Source: Tepidisphaeraceae bacterium (GTDB lineage: Bacteria > Planctomycetota > Phycisphaerae > Tepidisphaerales > Tepidisphaeraceae). From it: DNA of 64,000 nucleotides. Shown piece by piece: positions 1-8,592 of the stretch; position 1 is the first letter of the stretch; every line of letters starts with the position of its first letter. The position numbers were made by a program, and so were the translations under genes. The notes below the pieces were generated by a model, which was not told the origin of the DNA, did not search any database, and worked only from the letters and a program-made list of their open reading frames with translations. Location of the stretch: the NCBI GenBank assembly GCA_049520395.1, contig JBEKPV010000004.1:4672-68671 (forward strand), read 5' to 3'.

Positions 1-660
1 GCCGAGGATTCGGAAGGATAGGTCGCGCAATTCGGCGGGCTTGCGGTCGAGCGCATCGAGCAATAATTCGACGCGTTTCATCGGGTCGAGGCGTGATACG
101 ATCAGAACGTTTGCGATTCCGCCGGTATAAGCGGCGCGGCGGGGGGCGGCGGCGAGATATTCGGCGGGAAGAAAATTGGTGACGACTTCGATTTTATCGG
201 CGCGCACGCCGTGGGCGATCATGCGCTGGCGGGCGTAATCGGAGACGGTGACGAACGTGACGGGGGCGTGGTTGAGCCATTTTTTGCGGCCGAAGCTGCC
301 GCGTTCGTCGGTGCCGCCGTGGACGATGTGGATGTGGTTGATTTTTCGGCGGTAGAGGAGGTTCAAGGCGATGCAGACGGCGGATTGCACGACGCCGGTG
401 GCGACGAAGGTGAGGGATCGGCGCTGCCGGAGTTCGGGGCGGAGGACTTTGGCGAACTCTTTGGCGCCGCGGAATCGGCGGGCGGCGAAGCCCAATTGCT
501 CGGCCAAGTCCATCGCCTCGCCGGGGGGTCCGAAAAGGATGGGGGTAAATTGGTCGGTCAGTCCGCGCACGGTGGCCAGGGCCATGCGCTCGGTGCCGAA
601 AAGATGGCTCGAATGCAGGACGTAGAGCAGAGGTTGCGGGTCGGTGGCGGGCAAGTTCAC
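1..660 (-). CDS. Glycosyltransferase, GT4-like (N-terminal part only; C-terminus lies beyond the window start)
   Basis: Absent from the ORF track because it runs off the window. My minus-strand translation from GTG at 660 gives VNLPATDPQPLLYVLHSSHLFGTERMALATVRGL...VTFVTVSDYARQRMIAHGV. This is clearly paralogous to the 657..1745 product (LVFVLHSSNLYGTERMSL..., ITFVTVSNYSRDKLLQYGV). The GTG start overlaps the upstream TGA stop (GTGA). Confidence 0.7.
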   Translation of the reverse strand, partial: MNLPATDPQPLLYVLHSSHLFGTERMALATVRGLTDQFTPILFGPPGEAMDLAEQLGFAARRFRGAKEFAKVLRPELRQRRSLTFVATGVVQSAVCIALNLLYRRKINHIHIVHGGTDERGSFGRKKWLNHAPVTFVTVSDYARQRMIAHGVRADKIEVVTNFLPAEYLAAAPRRAAYTGGIANVLIVSRLDPMKRVELLLDALDRKPAELRDLSFRILG

Positions 661-1745
661 GTCTCCGGAGCGAATAGGCGGCGATATTTTTCCAGGGACG
701 CTTTTTGCGAAAATTGAGTTTCCAGCGCGGCGGCGGCGCTGTCGACGATCGAATTCAAACGCGCGGGATCGGCTTGGCGCAGCTCAATTAAACGTTCGGC
801 GAAACTGATCGGATCGTCGGCCATGAATTTGAAGCCGGTTCGATTCTCCTCGACCAGCGACGCGGTGCCTCCCTGATCGGGCACCAGGACGGGCAGATGG
901 GCGGCCATCGCCTCCAGGACCACCAGGCCGAAGGCCTCGGTCGGACAGGCGTGGATCAACAGATCGCTTGTGGCGTATGCATTCACCGCGTCGGCGCGGA
1001 AGCCCAGGAATTTGACGCTCGCATATTTTCGCGCCCGGCGGTGGAGCATCTCCCGATCCGGGCCGTCGCCGATGATTTCGACCGGGAAATCGCCTAATTC
1101 CGGCCGGCAATCCAGCGCATCGAAAAACAGATCGACGCGTTTTAGGGTGACCAGGCGGCTGACGATCAGGGCCTTGGCGATCGGTGCCTCGAACCGGGCA
1201 CGGCGCGGAATTCCCCGAATCTGATCGTCGGGAATGAAATTGCCGACCACTTCGATCGGTCGGCGTACGCCGTATTGGAGCAACTTGTCGCGGGAATAAT
1301 TCGAAACCGTCACAAACGTGATGTTCAGCGGATTCAGGACCCATTTGCGGCCGTAATCCTTCAGTTCGCCGGCGCCGGCGTGAACCATCTGAATGTGCCT
1401 GATTTTTCGCCAGTAAATTAAATTCAGCGCCATGGCGACCAGGGAATAGCGCGGGCCGGTGGCGACGAGGGTGAGGGATTTTTTTTCGCGCAGGATCGGC
1501 CGCAAGGCTTTGGCCAGATCGTAGGACGTTCGATACTCGGCGGTGGAGTATCCCAGCCGAGCGGCTTCGATCAGCGCCGGCCCCGGAGGCCCTATGAAAA
1601 TGGATTCGAATTCATCGGCCAAGCCCTGCGCGGTCGACAGGGACATTCGCTCGGTGCCGTATAAATTGCTGCTGTGAAGGACAAAGACGAGCGGATGGCG
1701 CGACGGCATAGCGCATGAAGGTAACGATATTGCGCGGCTTGTCAC
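657..1745 (-). CDS. Glycosyltransferase family 4 (GT-B, group 1)
   Basis: 362-aa ORF. The C-terminal LIHACPTEAFGLVVLEAMAAHLPVLVPDQGGTASLVEE is the typical GT4 E-x7-E region. The GTG at 1745 overlaps the stop of the upstream gene (GTGA). An alternative ATG start lies at 1709. Confidence 0.8.
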   Translation of the reverse strand: MTSRAISLPSCAMPSRHPLVFVLHSSNLYGTERMSLSTAQGLADEFESIFIGPPGPALIEAARLGYSTAEYRTSYDLAKALRPILREKKSLTLVATGPRYSLVAMALNLIYWRKIRHIQMVHAGAGELKDYGRKWVLNPLNITFVTVSNYSRDKLLQYGVRRPIEVVGNFIPDDQIRGIPRRARFEAPIAKALIVSRLVTLKRVDLFFDALDCRPELGDFPVEIIGDGPDREMLHRRARKYASVKFLGFRADAVNAYATSDLLIHACPTEAFGLVVLEAMAAHLPVLVPDQGGTASLVEENRTGFKFMADDPISFAERLIELRQADPARLNSIVDSAAAALETQFSQKASLEKYRRLFAPET

Positions 1746-2554
1746 TGGCCGCGCAGGAGACGGAAGTATTGCCGGAAATCATCGGCGGATATTTCCATCA
1801 GCGCCTCGGCAAAACCGTGGCCGCGAAGCGATTGCAGGGAACGATAATGATTCAATCCGAGAATCGCGCCGGCGTAATCGTAGGTGGAGACCTGGCTGGT
1901 GAACGCGTTGATCGCTTGGCGTTTCAGATCGGCCACCGCCGTGATATCGACGAGCCGATTGGCGGGCAGAGGGGTCCAGACCTCGTAGCCGCGGATGATC
2001 AGGCGAAGCGCTACGTCGGGGGGCAATTGTGCTAAAAGCATGTTCAGGATGGAATTGGTCGCCCAATGGTCGTGGTGCTGGTCGGTCAGTGCGGGGAGAT
2101 AAATATATTTTGGCTGGTGTTTGCGGATGATTTTCTGAAGCGCGTCCAGAATTTCCCTAGTTTCGGATAAGTTTCCATCCGGGGCGTCGAGGAAGACGGG
2201 AGCCTGGGTGCCCAGGATTTGGGCGGCGCGGATGCTTTCGGCCTTTCGGCGCTGGCAGAGCGTGTGGTCGGGATCGTAGCCGCCCCATTTTCCGTCGGTG
2301 AGGACGACCACGGCGACCGGCGCGCCGGCCAGGACGTGGCGGCGGACGGCGCCGCCGGGGCCGATGACTTCGTCGTCGGGGTGCGGCGCCAGGACTAGGA
2401 CGGGCTGGGAATCGAATCGATCGATGGAGATGGAATCCGCGTCGCCGGCTCGCAGCCACGGCCACGGTCCCGGCGGCGTTTGTTCGCGCCCGATCAGGCG
2501 GCGAACCCAACGCGAAGCGCTAGAACGGCAGCGATTGATCCATCCAGTCGTCAT
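1742..2554 (-). CDS. PIG-L / LmbE family deacetylase
   Basis: 270 aa. It has the family signature VLVLAPHPDDEVIGPGG, and later HHDHWAT. ATG at 2554 overlaps the end of the SecA-like gene. Confidence 0.8.
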   Translation of the reverse strand: MTTGWINRCRSSASRWVRRLIGREQTPPGPWPWLRAGDADSISIDRFDSQPVLVLAPHPDDEVIGPGGAVRRHVLAGAPVAVVVLTDGKWGGYDPDHTLCQRRKAESIRAAQILGTQAPVFLDAPDGNLSETREILDALQKIIRKHQPKYIYLPALTDQHHDHWATNSILNMLLAQLPPDVALRLIIRGYEVWTPLPANRLVDITAVADLKRQAINAFTSQVSTYDYAGAILGLNHYRSLQSLRGHGFAEALMEISADDFRQYFRLLRGQ

Positions 2555-4457
2555 TCTTGAGGACTTGCTTGCGATTGAATCGGGCGAGTTTTTCCGCCCG
2601 GGCCTGGGCGATGGCGATCAAACGTGCGGCGGTGATGGCGCGCCAGCGGAAGCGGAGATAGGGGACGTGCCGGACGAACAGATCGTCCTGGGCACAGGCG
2701 AACAACTGAGCGCAACCGGGATCGCCCTGACGGGCGGCGCGGCCGTAAAGCTGTCGATCGACGCGGCCGGAGGCGTGCGGCTCGGTGGCGATGACGTGCA
2801 AGCCGCCGATTTCGGCGATTTCGCGCGCCAGTTTGATATCGGTGCCGCGTCCGGCCATGTTGGTGGCGACGGTGATTTTTCCGTGGCCGCCGGCCTCGGC
2901 GACGATGTTGGCTTCCTGCGCGGTTTGCGTGGCGTTGAGGACGCGATGGGGCCGTCCCAGGGTGGCGAGTCGGCGGCTGACTTCCTCCGACGCCAGGACG
3001 CTGCGCGTGCCGACGAGCACGGGGGCGCCGGTGTCGTTGATTTCGCAGACGCGCTGGACGACGGCTTCCCATTTTTCCAGCGCCGTGTCGAACATGCGAA
3101 GCGGCAGTTGCTGGCGGATACAGGGCTTGTTGGTGGGAATACGAACGATCGGGCGGTGATAGATCGACCAGAGTTCGCCGCGGGCTTCCCAGGCGGTGCC
3201 GGTCATCCCCGCCATGATCGGATATTGCCGGAAAAATCGCTGGAAACTCAATCGCGCGAGGTTTTCCTTGTCGGCGGTGACGGGCGCGCCTTCCTTGACT
3301 TCGATCGCCTGATGCAGGCCGTGGCGCCAGGAGCGGTCGGCCATGACGCGGCCGGTGAATTCGTCGATGATCTGCACTTTTCCATCGGCGGCGACGAGAT
3401 ATTGTTCGTCGCGCACGAAGCAATAGCGCGCGGTGAGGGATTGAGTAACCAGTTCCTCGCGGCGGCGCTGACCTTTCCAGAAGCCGCTGTCGTCGCGGGC
3501 CAGTTCGTCGAGATGGGCCTGGCCGCGCGGGGTTAAATCGACGGAGCGAACCGTCCAGTCGATCGTGAAATCCTGCTTGAGGACCAGTTGCGCCGCCAGC
3601 GCGTCGGCGCGCTGATACAGCTGGGCGTTGCCCTCGGCTTGCGGGGAACTGGAAATAATCAGGGGGGTGACCCCTTCGTCGATGAGCAGACTGTCGGCTT
3701 CGTCGACGAGCACGCGCCAGAGCCCGGGGACGAGCAAGCGGCCCTGCTGCGCGGAGACGCCGAGCATTCCCACGGCCGTCTGCACGGCGGTGCGCAAATC
3801 GCCCAGGGCGATCTGATCGCGGAGGAAATCGGCGACCAGTTCCTTGCTGGTGACGTAGACCACGTTGCGGCGGTAATGATCGTGCCGCTCGTGCGACGGG
3901 GAATCGTGGACGACGTGCCCGACTTTCAGGCCGAGCATTTCGTAAATCGGACTCATTTCCTCGGCGTCGCGTTGGACGAGGTAATCGTTGACGGTGATGA
4001 CGTGGACGGGGCGGCCGTTCCAGCCCCAGATGCTCGCTGCCATGGCGGCGGTGAGGGTTTTGCCTTCGCCGGTCGCCATTTCGATGATGACGCCCTGGCA
4101 CATGCCCAGGGCGCCGGCGATTTGGACGAGGAAGGGGCGGAGTCCGAGCGATCGGACGACGGCTTCGCGGGCGACGGCCATGGCGCGGTCCATCTTGGCG
4201 CCTTCGAGGCGGCCGAGACGCGCGATATCGCGCGATTCCTGAATCGCTTCGTGAAAATGGTGGGAACTGAGCTGTTGGATCTCTTTTTCCAGGGCGTCGA
4301 TTCGATGCGCCTGCGCCATCAATTTGGGCAGAACCCGCCGTTTGTTTTTGAACCAGCCGACGATGTTATGGCAGGCGAGGTCCAGATTTTTGAGATTGGG
4401 GGCTTTGACGCGGCGTGCGTCGAAGACGGACCAGAGATCAGGCAGTGCGGAGGACAT
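2520..4457 (-). CDS. SecA-like motor ATPase, short (645 aa): DEAD motor plus preprotein cross-linking region, no C-terminal scaffold/wing/linker domains
   Basis: SecA hallmarks are present: MATGEGKTL (Walker A), ITVNDYLVQRDAEEM, VDEADSLLIDEGVTPLIIS, IIDEFTGRVMADRSWRHGLHQAIEVKEG, LAGMTGTA, TNMAGRGTDIKL, GGLHVIATEPHASGRVDRQLYGRAARQGDPG. The ORF ends about 70 aa after the last motif. Confidence 0.8.
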   Translation of the reverse strand: MSSALPDLWSVFDARRVKAPNLKNLDLACHNIVGWFKNKRRVLPKLMAQAHRIDALEKEIQQLSSHHFHEAIQESRDIARLGRLEGAKMDRAMAVAREAVVRSLGLRPFLVQIAGALGMCQGVIIEMATGEGKTLTAAMAASIWGWNGRPVHVITVNDYLVQRDAEEMSPIYEMLGLKVGHVVHDSPSHERHDHYRRNVVYVTSKELVADFLRDQIALGDLRTAVQTAVGMLGVSAQQGRLLVPGLWRVLVDEADSLLIDEGVTPLIISSSPQAEGNAQLYQRADALAAQLVLKQDFTIDWTVRSVDLTPRGQAHLDELARDDSGFWKGQRRREELVTQSLTARYCFVRDEQYLVAADGKVQIIDEFTGRVMADRSWRHGLHQAIEVKEGAPVTADKENLARLSFQRFFRQYPIMAGMTGTAWEARGELWSIYHRPIVRIPTNKPCIRQQLPLRMFDTALEKWEAVVQRVCEINDTGAPVLVGTRSVLASEEVSRRLATLGRPHRVLNATQTAQEANIVAEAGGHGKITVATNMAGRGTDIKLAREIAEIGGLHVIATEPHASGRVDRQLYGRAARQGDPGCAQLFACAQDDLFVRHVPYLRFRWRAITAARLIAIAQARAEKLARFNRKQVLKNDDWMDQSLPF

Positions 4458-4464
4458 GATTTGT

Positions 4465-6672
4465 TCAGAGCCATTTACCGGTGTCGTTCACGGCGATCAA
4501 TTGCAGTGCGCGGCGCCACCACTGCCAGATGAGCGGTTTGCGGTCGAGGGTGAGGCGCACATAGGCGCGCTGGCCGGCGCAAATGCGTTCGCCGACGTTG
4601 TCGAGTTTGACGAGGGCTTCGAATTGCGGCGTGGTGGAGCGGATGCCGTTGGGGTCGCGAGGATCGACGAGGATTTCGCCGCCGCCGAGTTGGCCGAGGG
4701 CGGGGTGCGCCAGTTCGGTGACGGCGGCGGGGTAGACCGTCACATCGGTGCCGGGGAGGTTTTGTTCGATTGATCCCGAGAGGCGGATTTCCGCCTTTAC
4801 GCCGCTGACTTGTTTGACCAATTCACCGTCTTTTTGCTCGATGTCGCCCTTGACGATCAGTTTGTCGAGGACGGCGACGCTGCCGATTTCGGTTCCGCGC
4901 GCCAGGTAAGTGCCGATGACATCATCCAGTTTGGGAGCGACTAAGCGGCCGGAGAAGGGCGCTTTGATCTGCAAGGCGGCGTTTTTCTGCATGGCGTCGT
5001 CCAGGCGGCTTTGCCAGGCGGCCAATTCGGCCTGGGCCTTGATCAGCGCGTTCTGGTCGGTGGCCTGTGCCAAACGGATCAGGGCGTTGCTCTCGTCAAT
5101 TTTGGATTGGCACCACTGGATATCGTGATCGACTTCGGGGTTGGCGAGTTGGGCGATGACCTCGCCGGATTGAACGAGTTGTCCGTCGTGGGCGTTAACG
5201 GAGACGAGGCGTCCTTCCATGCCGGTTTTGAGGTCGCCGCTGATAATGCGTCCGGAGGCGTCGGAGGGATCATCCGGCTGGACGACGCCGGCGAAATCGA
5301 CGTGGACGGGAAACTTGATCAGCCCGATCACAATGACGATCGCCGCCAGAACCGTGCCGCAGAAGGCGAAGGCGCGGCCGCGTTTGCGATGGAGTTCCTG
5401 ATCGATCAGGAGATAGCGACCCAGACGGACGACGGGGACGACCAGCCAGGTGATGAGGCCGCCGAGGCCCATGAGGACGCCGAGTACGGGGACTTTATAG
5501 ATGACCAGCAGGACGATCACGAACCCGATGAAGACGCGATAAATGCTGCTGGCGATGGCGTAGGTGAGCAGCCAGGCGCGCTGGCCGACCGATGGCAGTG
5601 GTTGCTGCAGCTTGAGGCGGAAGACGTGGCGTTTGATCAAGCCGGTGGCGTATTCGGTGCTTTTCTGCCGAAGGTTGGGAATCTCAAGCAGGTCGGACAG
5701 GATGTAGTAACCGTCATACCGAAGCAGCGGATTGGCGTTGAAAATGAGGGTGGAAACGCTGGCGATGAACATGGCGTTATACGCCAGTTGGCTGATCAGC
5801 GGGTCGGTTTGCGGATTGGTAAAGTGCCAGATGAAGGCGCATATGGCGGCGATGAAAAGCTCGACGATCATCCCCGCGGAGCCGACGAAAATGCGCTGCC
5901 ACTTGCTGGGAAAGGCCCAGGCGGTGGAGGCGTCGACGTAAGGCGTGGGGACGAGCACCAGCAGCATGATGCCCAGTTCGTGACATTCTCCGCCAAAGCG
6001 CCGGCATGAGGCGGCGTGGCCCCATTCGTGGCAGAACTTGATCGCCACGAAGACGGCATAGAGATAGAAGAGATTTTCCCAATTGTGCTGCATGTCCAGA
6101 GCGTGCGCGGTGGCGGTTTGGAGATCGTGCCACTGCGGCAGGATTGTCGCCAGGGCGGCGATCATGACCACGATCCAGATCGCCGCGCCCAGCTTGCTGA
6201 AGAGCACTTTGGTGACAGGCATCCAACGGCGTAAAAATCGGTCCGGGTCCCAGATCGGAATGCGCGGGAAGAGGACATTCATCAGGCGATTCTGCATCTG
6301 CCGCTGCACCATCTGTTTGTGGCGGCGAAGCAGAACCGTGGCGTCGGGGGTGATGTCGGTCGCCAGCAGATTCGCGGAATAGAGCTGGGAAAGAATTTGG
6401 ATGACTTCAGGCTGGGTGGGGGCGTCGTCGGCGAGTTGGCCGCCGACGAGTTCCCAGGCTTCGGAGACGGTTCGGCGTCCGTCGAGGAGTCCGACGAAGC
6501 GGTAAGCCGCGTCGCTGAGACGATGGAACTGATTCCCCGCCAGATCGCGCACGACATACCAGCGTTCGCCGCGGAAGAATTGGCGGGAGATCTGCGCGCC
6601 CGAGCGCAGCCGCGGCCGCAATTCCGCGACGCGGTACCAGGACTCGGAAAATGTCGGGCGGAGTTGAAGCAT
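4465..6672 (-). CDS. Fusion protein: PqqD-like N-terminal domain + polytopic M50 (site-2-protease-like) metalloprotease + periplasmic HlyD-type adaptor domain
   Basis: 735 aa. The N-terminus HRLSDAAYRFVGLLDGRRTVSEAWELV...EVIQILSQLYSANLL resembles PqqD. The HExxH motif is in KFCHEWGHAASC, surrounded by hydrophobic helices. The C-terminal half has a lipoyl-like half-motif, a Gln/Ala-rich coiled coil (ALIKAQAELAAWQSRLDDAMQKNAALQIKAPFSGRLV) and a barrel-like tail. It lies 7 nt upstream of the SecA-like start. Confidence 0.7.
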   Translation of the reverse strand: MLQLRPTFSESWYRVAELRPRLRSGAQISRQFFRGERWYVVRDLAGNQFHRLSDAAYRFVGLLDGRRTVSEAWELVGGQLADDAPTQPEVIQILSQLYSANLLATDITPDATVLLRRHKQMVQRQMQNRLMNVLFPRIPIWDPDRFLRRWMPVTKVLFSKLGAAIWIVVMIAALATILPQWHDLQTATAHALDMQHNWENLFYLYAVFVAIKFCHEWGHAASCRRFGGECHELGIMLLVLVPTPYVDASTAWAFPSKWQRIFVGSAGMIVELFIAAICAFIWHFTNPQTDPLISQLAYNAMFIASVSTLIFNANPLLRYDGYYILSDLLEIPNLRQKSTEYATGLIKRHVFRLKLQQPLPSVGQRAWLLTYAIASSIYRVFIGFVIVLLVIYKVPVLGVLMGLGGLITWLVVPVVRLGRYLLIDQELHRKRGRAFAFCGTVLAAIVIVIGLIKFPVHVDFAGVVQPDDPSDASGRIISGDLKTGMEGRLVSVNAHDGQLVQSGEVIAQLANPEVDHDIQWCQSKIDESNALIRLAQATDQNALIKAQAELAAWQSRLDDAMQKNAALQIKAPFSGRLVAPKLDDVIGTYLARGTEIGSVAVLDKLIVKGDIEQKDGELVKQVSGVKAEIRLSGSIEQNLPGTDVTVYPAAVTELAHPALGQLGGGEILVDPRDPNGIRSTTPQFEALVKLDNVGERICAGQRAYVRLTLDRKPLIWQWWRRALQLIAVNDTGKWL

Positions 6673-6683
6673 GGTTCTTAAGA

Positions 6684-6718
6684 AGTTGCTAGTTGCCAGT
6701 TGCTAGTTGCTAGTTGTT
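6684..6718. repeat. Tandem heptamer array (AGTTGCT x5, with variants AGTTGCC and AGTTGTT), partly complementary to 6745..6755
   Basis: Read directly: agttgct agttgcc agttgct agttgct agttgtt. aactagcaact at 6745..6755 is the reverse complement of agttgctagtt. It is intercistronic, between the GAF-HlyD gene and the M50-HlyD gene. Confidence 0.8.
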
Positions 6719-6764
6719 GGTTAAAAAAGACGCTCGCTTCCGAGAACTAGCAACTCTTTCCCGT

Positions 6765-8556
6765 TCACATCCACAATTTCAGTCGGACGTAATCCATGAG
6801 TCGGTGCGTCCAGATCCAGACCAGGCGGCGTTTGCCGATATCGACGCGGGCTTCGCCGGCCATGCCGGGGCGCCAGGCGTCGGAGGATTGATCCAGATGA
6901 GCGTAGACGGTGAAGATGTTTTCGCCCTCTTTGGCGGACGGAAAGATTGGCCCGCAATCCGCTGGTGGCGGCGACGGTGAAAAGTTCATCGCCCTGTTTT
7001 TTGGGGGCCAGAACCTGATCGGTGAGATCGCCGCTCATGACGACGCCGTCAAAGGGGGCTTTGACCTGGGCTTTGTCGATTTGATATTGATAAAGCCGCG
7101 AGTCGGCGAGGGCGGCGTTTTCCTCCGCCAGCGCGATCGCCGCGTCGGCCTGTTTTTCCGGATTGGCGATGTCCTTGGTGTATTCGGCTTTATTCTTGGC
7201 GGCCTCGGCGTTGGAGCTGGCGAGCTTTAATTGGATGTCGGAGACGTCCATGGTCAGCAAGACCTGACCCTGGACGATGGAATCGCCGGGCTTGACCAGG
7301 ACGGATTTGATGTAGCCGTCGATGGGGGCGTCGAGCTTTCGTTTATCGAGCGATTCGAACTGGAACGGCGCGCCGACGTGATACATCGGCTTGAAAAGGC
7401 AGATGAAGATGATGGCCGCGGGAATGAACACGATCAGCAATTTGGCGATCATGTGCTCGGGGCCGATGGCTTTCTTGCCGAGTTCGCGGATGCTAAGCCC
7501 GGTTTTGGTGATGAGCCAGCGATCGTTCTGGTACCGGTCGTATAATTGCGGCGCCAGCAGATCGACCGCGACGGATAACCCGGTGGAGGCCTGGGGCGAA
7601 AGTTTGTGGCCCGGAGGAAATTCCAGGACGATGGCGCCGACGATATCGGCGCGGCGGCGCAGCGGGAGGGTGAGAACCGTGTTTCCGCCTTCGATGCGCG
7701 AGAGATTTTGAGCCGACCGGCTGACGTTGCCGCTGCCGGCGCCGTCGGGGTCGTAGAGGACGGTTTCTTCCTGATCGATGCTTTCTTCCATGACGGTTTC
7801 GATCTGTTTGATCAGGTCTTGTTTTTTGTCGAATTGTTCGGTGTGGGAGAGGGCTTTGACGCGGACGGTTCGGCCTTTGATCCAGCCGAGCGCGACGCGG
7901 CCGGCGCCGGTGCGGGTCGCCAGTTCGTTGCAAAGATTCATGGCGGCGGATTCAAATCCCTCGGCGGTGGCAACGGCGGTGGCGAGCTGCAAGACGTGCT
8001 GATGCGAATGGGCGACGATCTGCGACTGCTCGCTCTGGCGGCGCAGGGTGTATAAATCGAAATAGCCGGCGACCAGTTGCATCGACATCAGGCGCTGATG
8101 AGCCCGCTCCAGATTGCGGCAGCGGGTGATCACGGCGCTGGCGGCAATCACATCGCCCTCGGCGCGGAGCAGCGTCACCAGGCAGTACTGGGCCTCGGAG
8201 GAGACGTCGCCGCCTTGCACTTCGATGGCGCCGTCTTTTTGCTGCTCGATGCAGGGTTTAAGAATGTCCTGAAACGCGGAGATGGCGGCGGCGCGCGTTT
8301 CGGCGGTGCTGTTGTCGGGACGAACGTGGGCGATGTTGCGAAGGGAAAATCCCTGCTCGGATTTTTCGACGATGAAGCCGGCGGCTTCGGTGCCGGCGAC
8401 GACAACCGCCTGGGCGGTCAGGAGATCGTTGATGAACTGCGGCAGATTCGCCGAGGCCGTCAGCAGGCGCTGAACCAGCTTGGAACGGCCGGTGCCCCGC
8501 TGCTGCAACTGTTCGTCGTTCTGATTTTCCTGCGGTTCGACGATTCCTGAAGACAC
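6765..8556 (-). pseudogene. Tandem GAF-like cytoplasmic domains + TM + HlyD-type periplasmic adaptor; reading frame broken near 6933..6945
   Basis: The track ORF 6721..8556 reads sensibly up to ...GDELFTVAATSGLRANLSV, then becomes Arg-rich nonsense. The conserved-looking C-terminus (AKEGENIFTVYAHLDQSSDAWRPGMAGEARVDIGKRRLVWIWTHRLMDYVRLKLWM) sits in the +1 frame (track ORF 6765..6989) and ends at TGA 6765. Part of the beta-barrel segment seems to be missing between the two pieces. Confidence 0.55.
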
Positions 8557-8592
8557 GGTTCACCTGCTAATAAATGCCCAGCGATCACCCGA

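Noticed and set aside
6925-6950. Programmed ribosomal frameshifting as the explanation for the GAF-HlyD and gltD frame breaks.
   Set aside because: Neither junction has a slippery heptamer (X XXY YYZ), a prfB-like CUU UGA site, or an obvious downstream structure. Both junctions also appear to lack conserved residues, which points to deletions.
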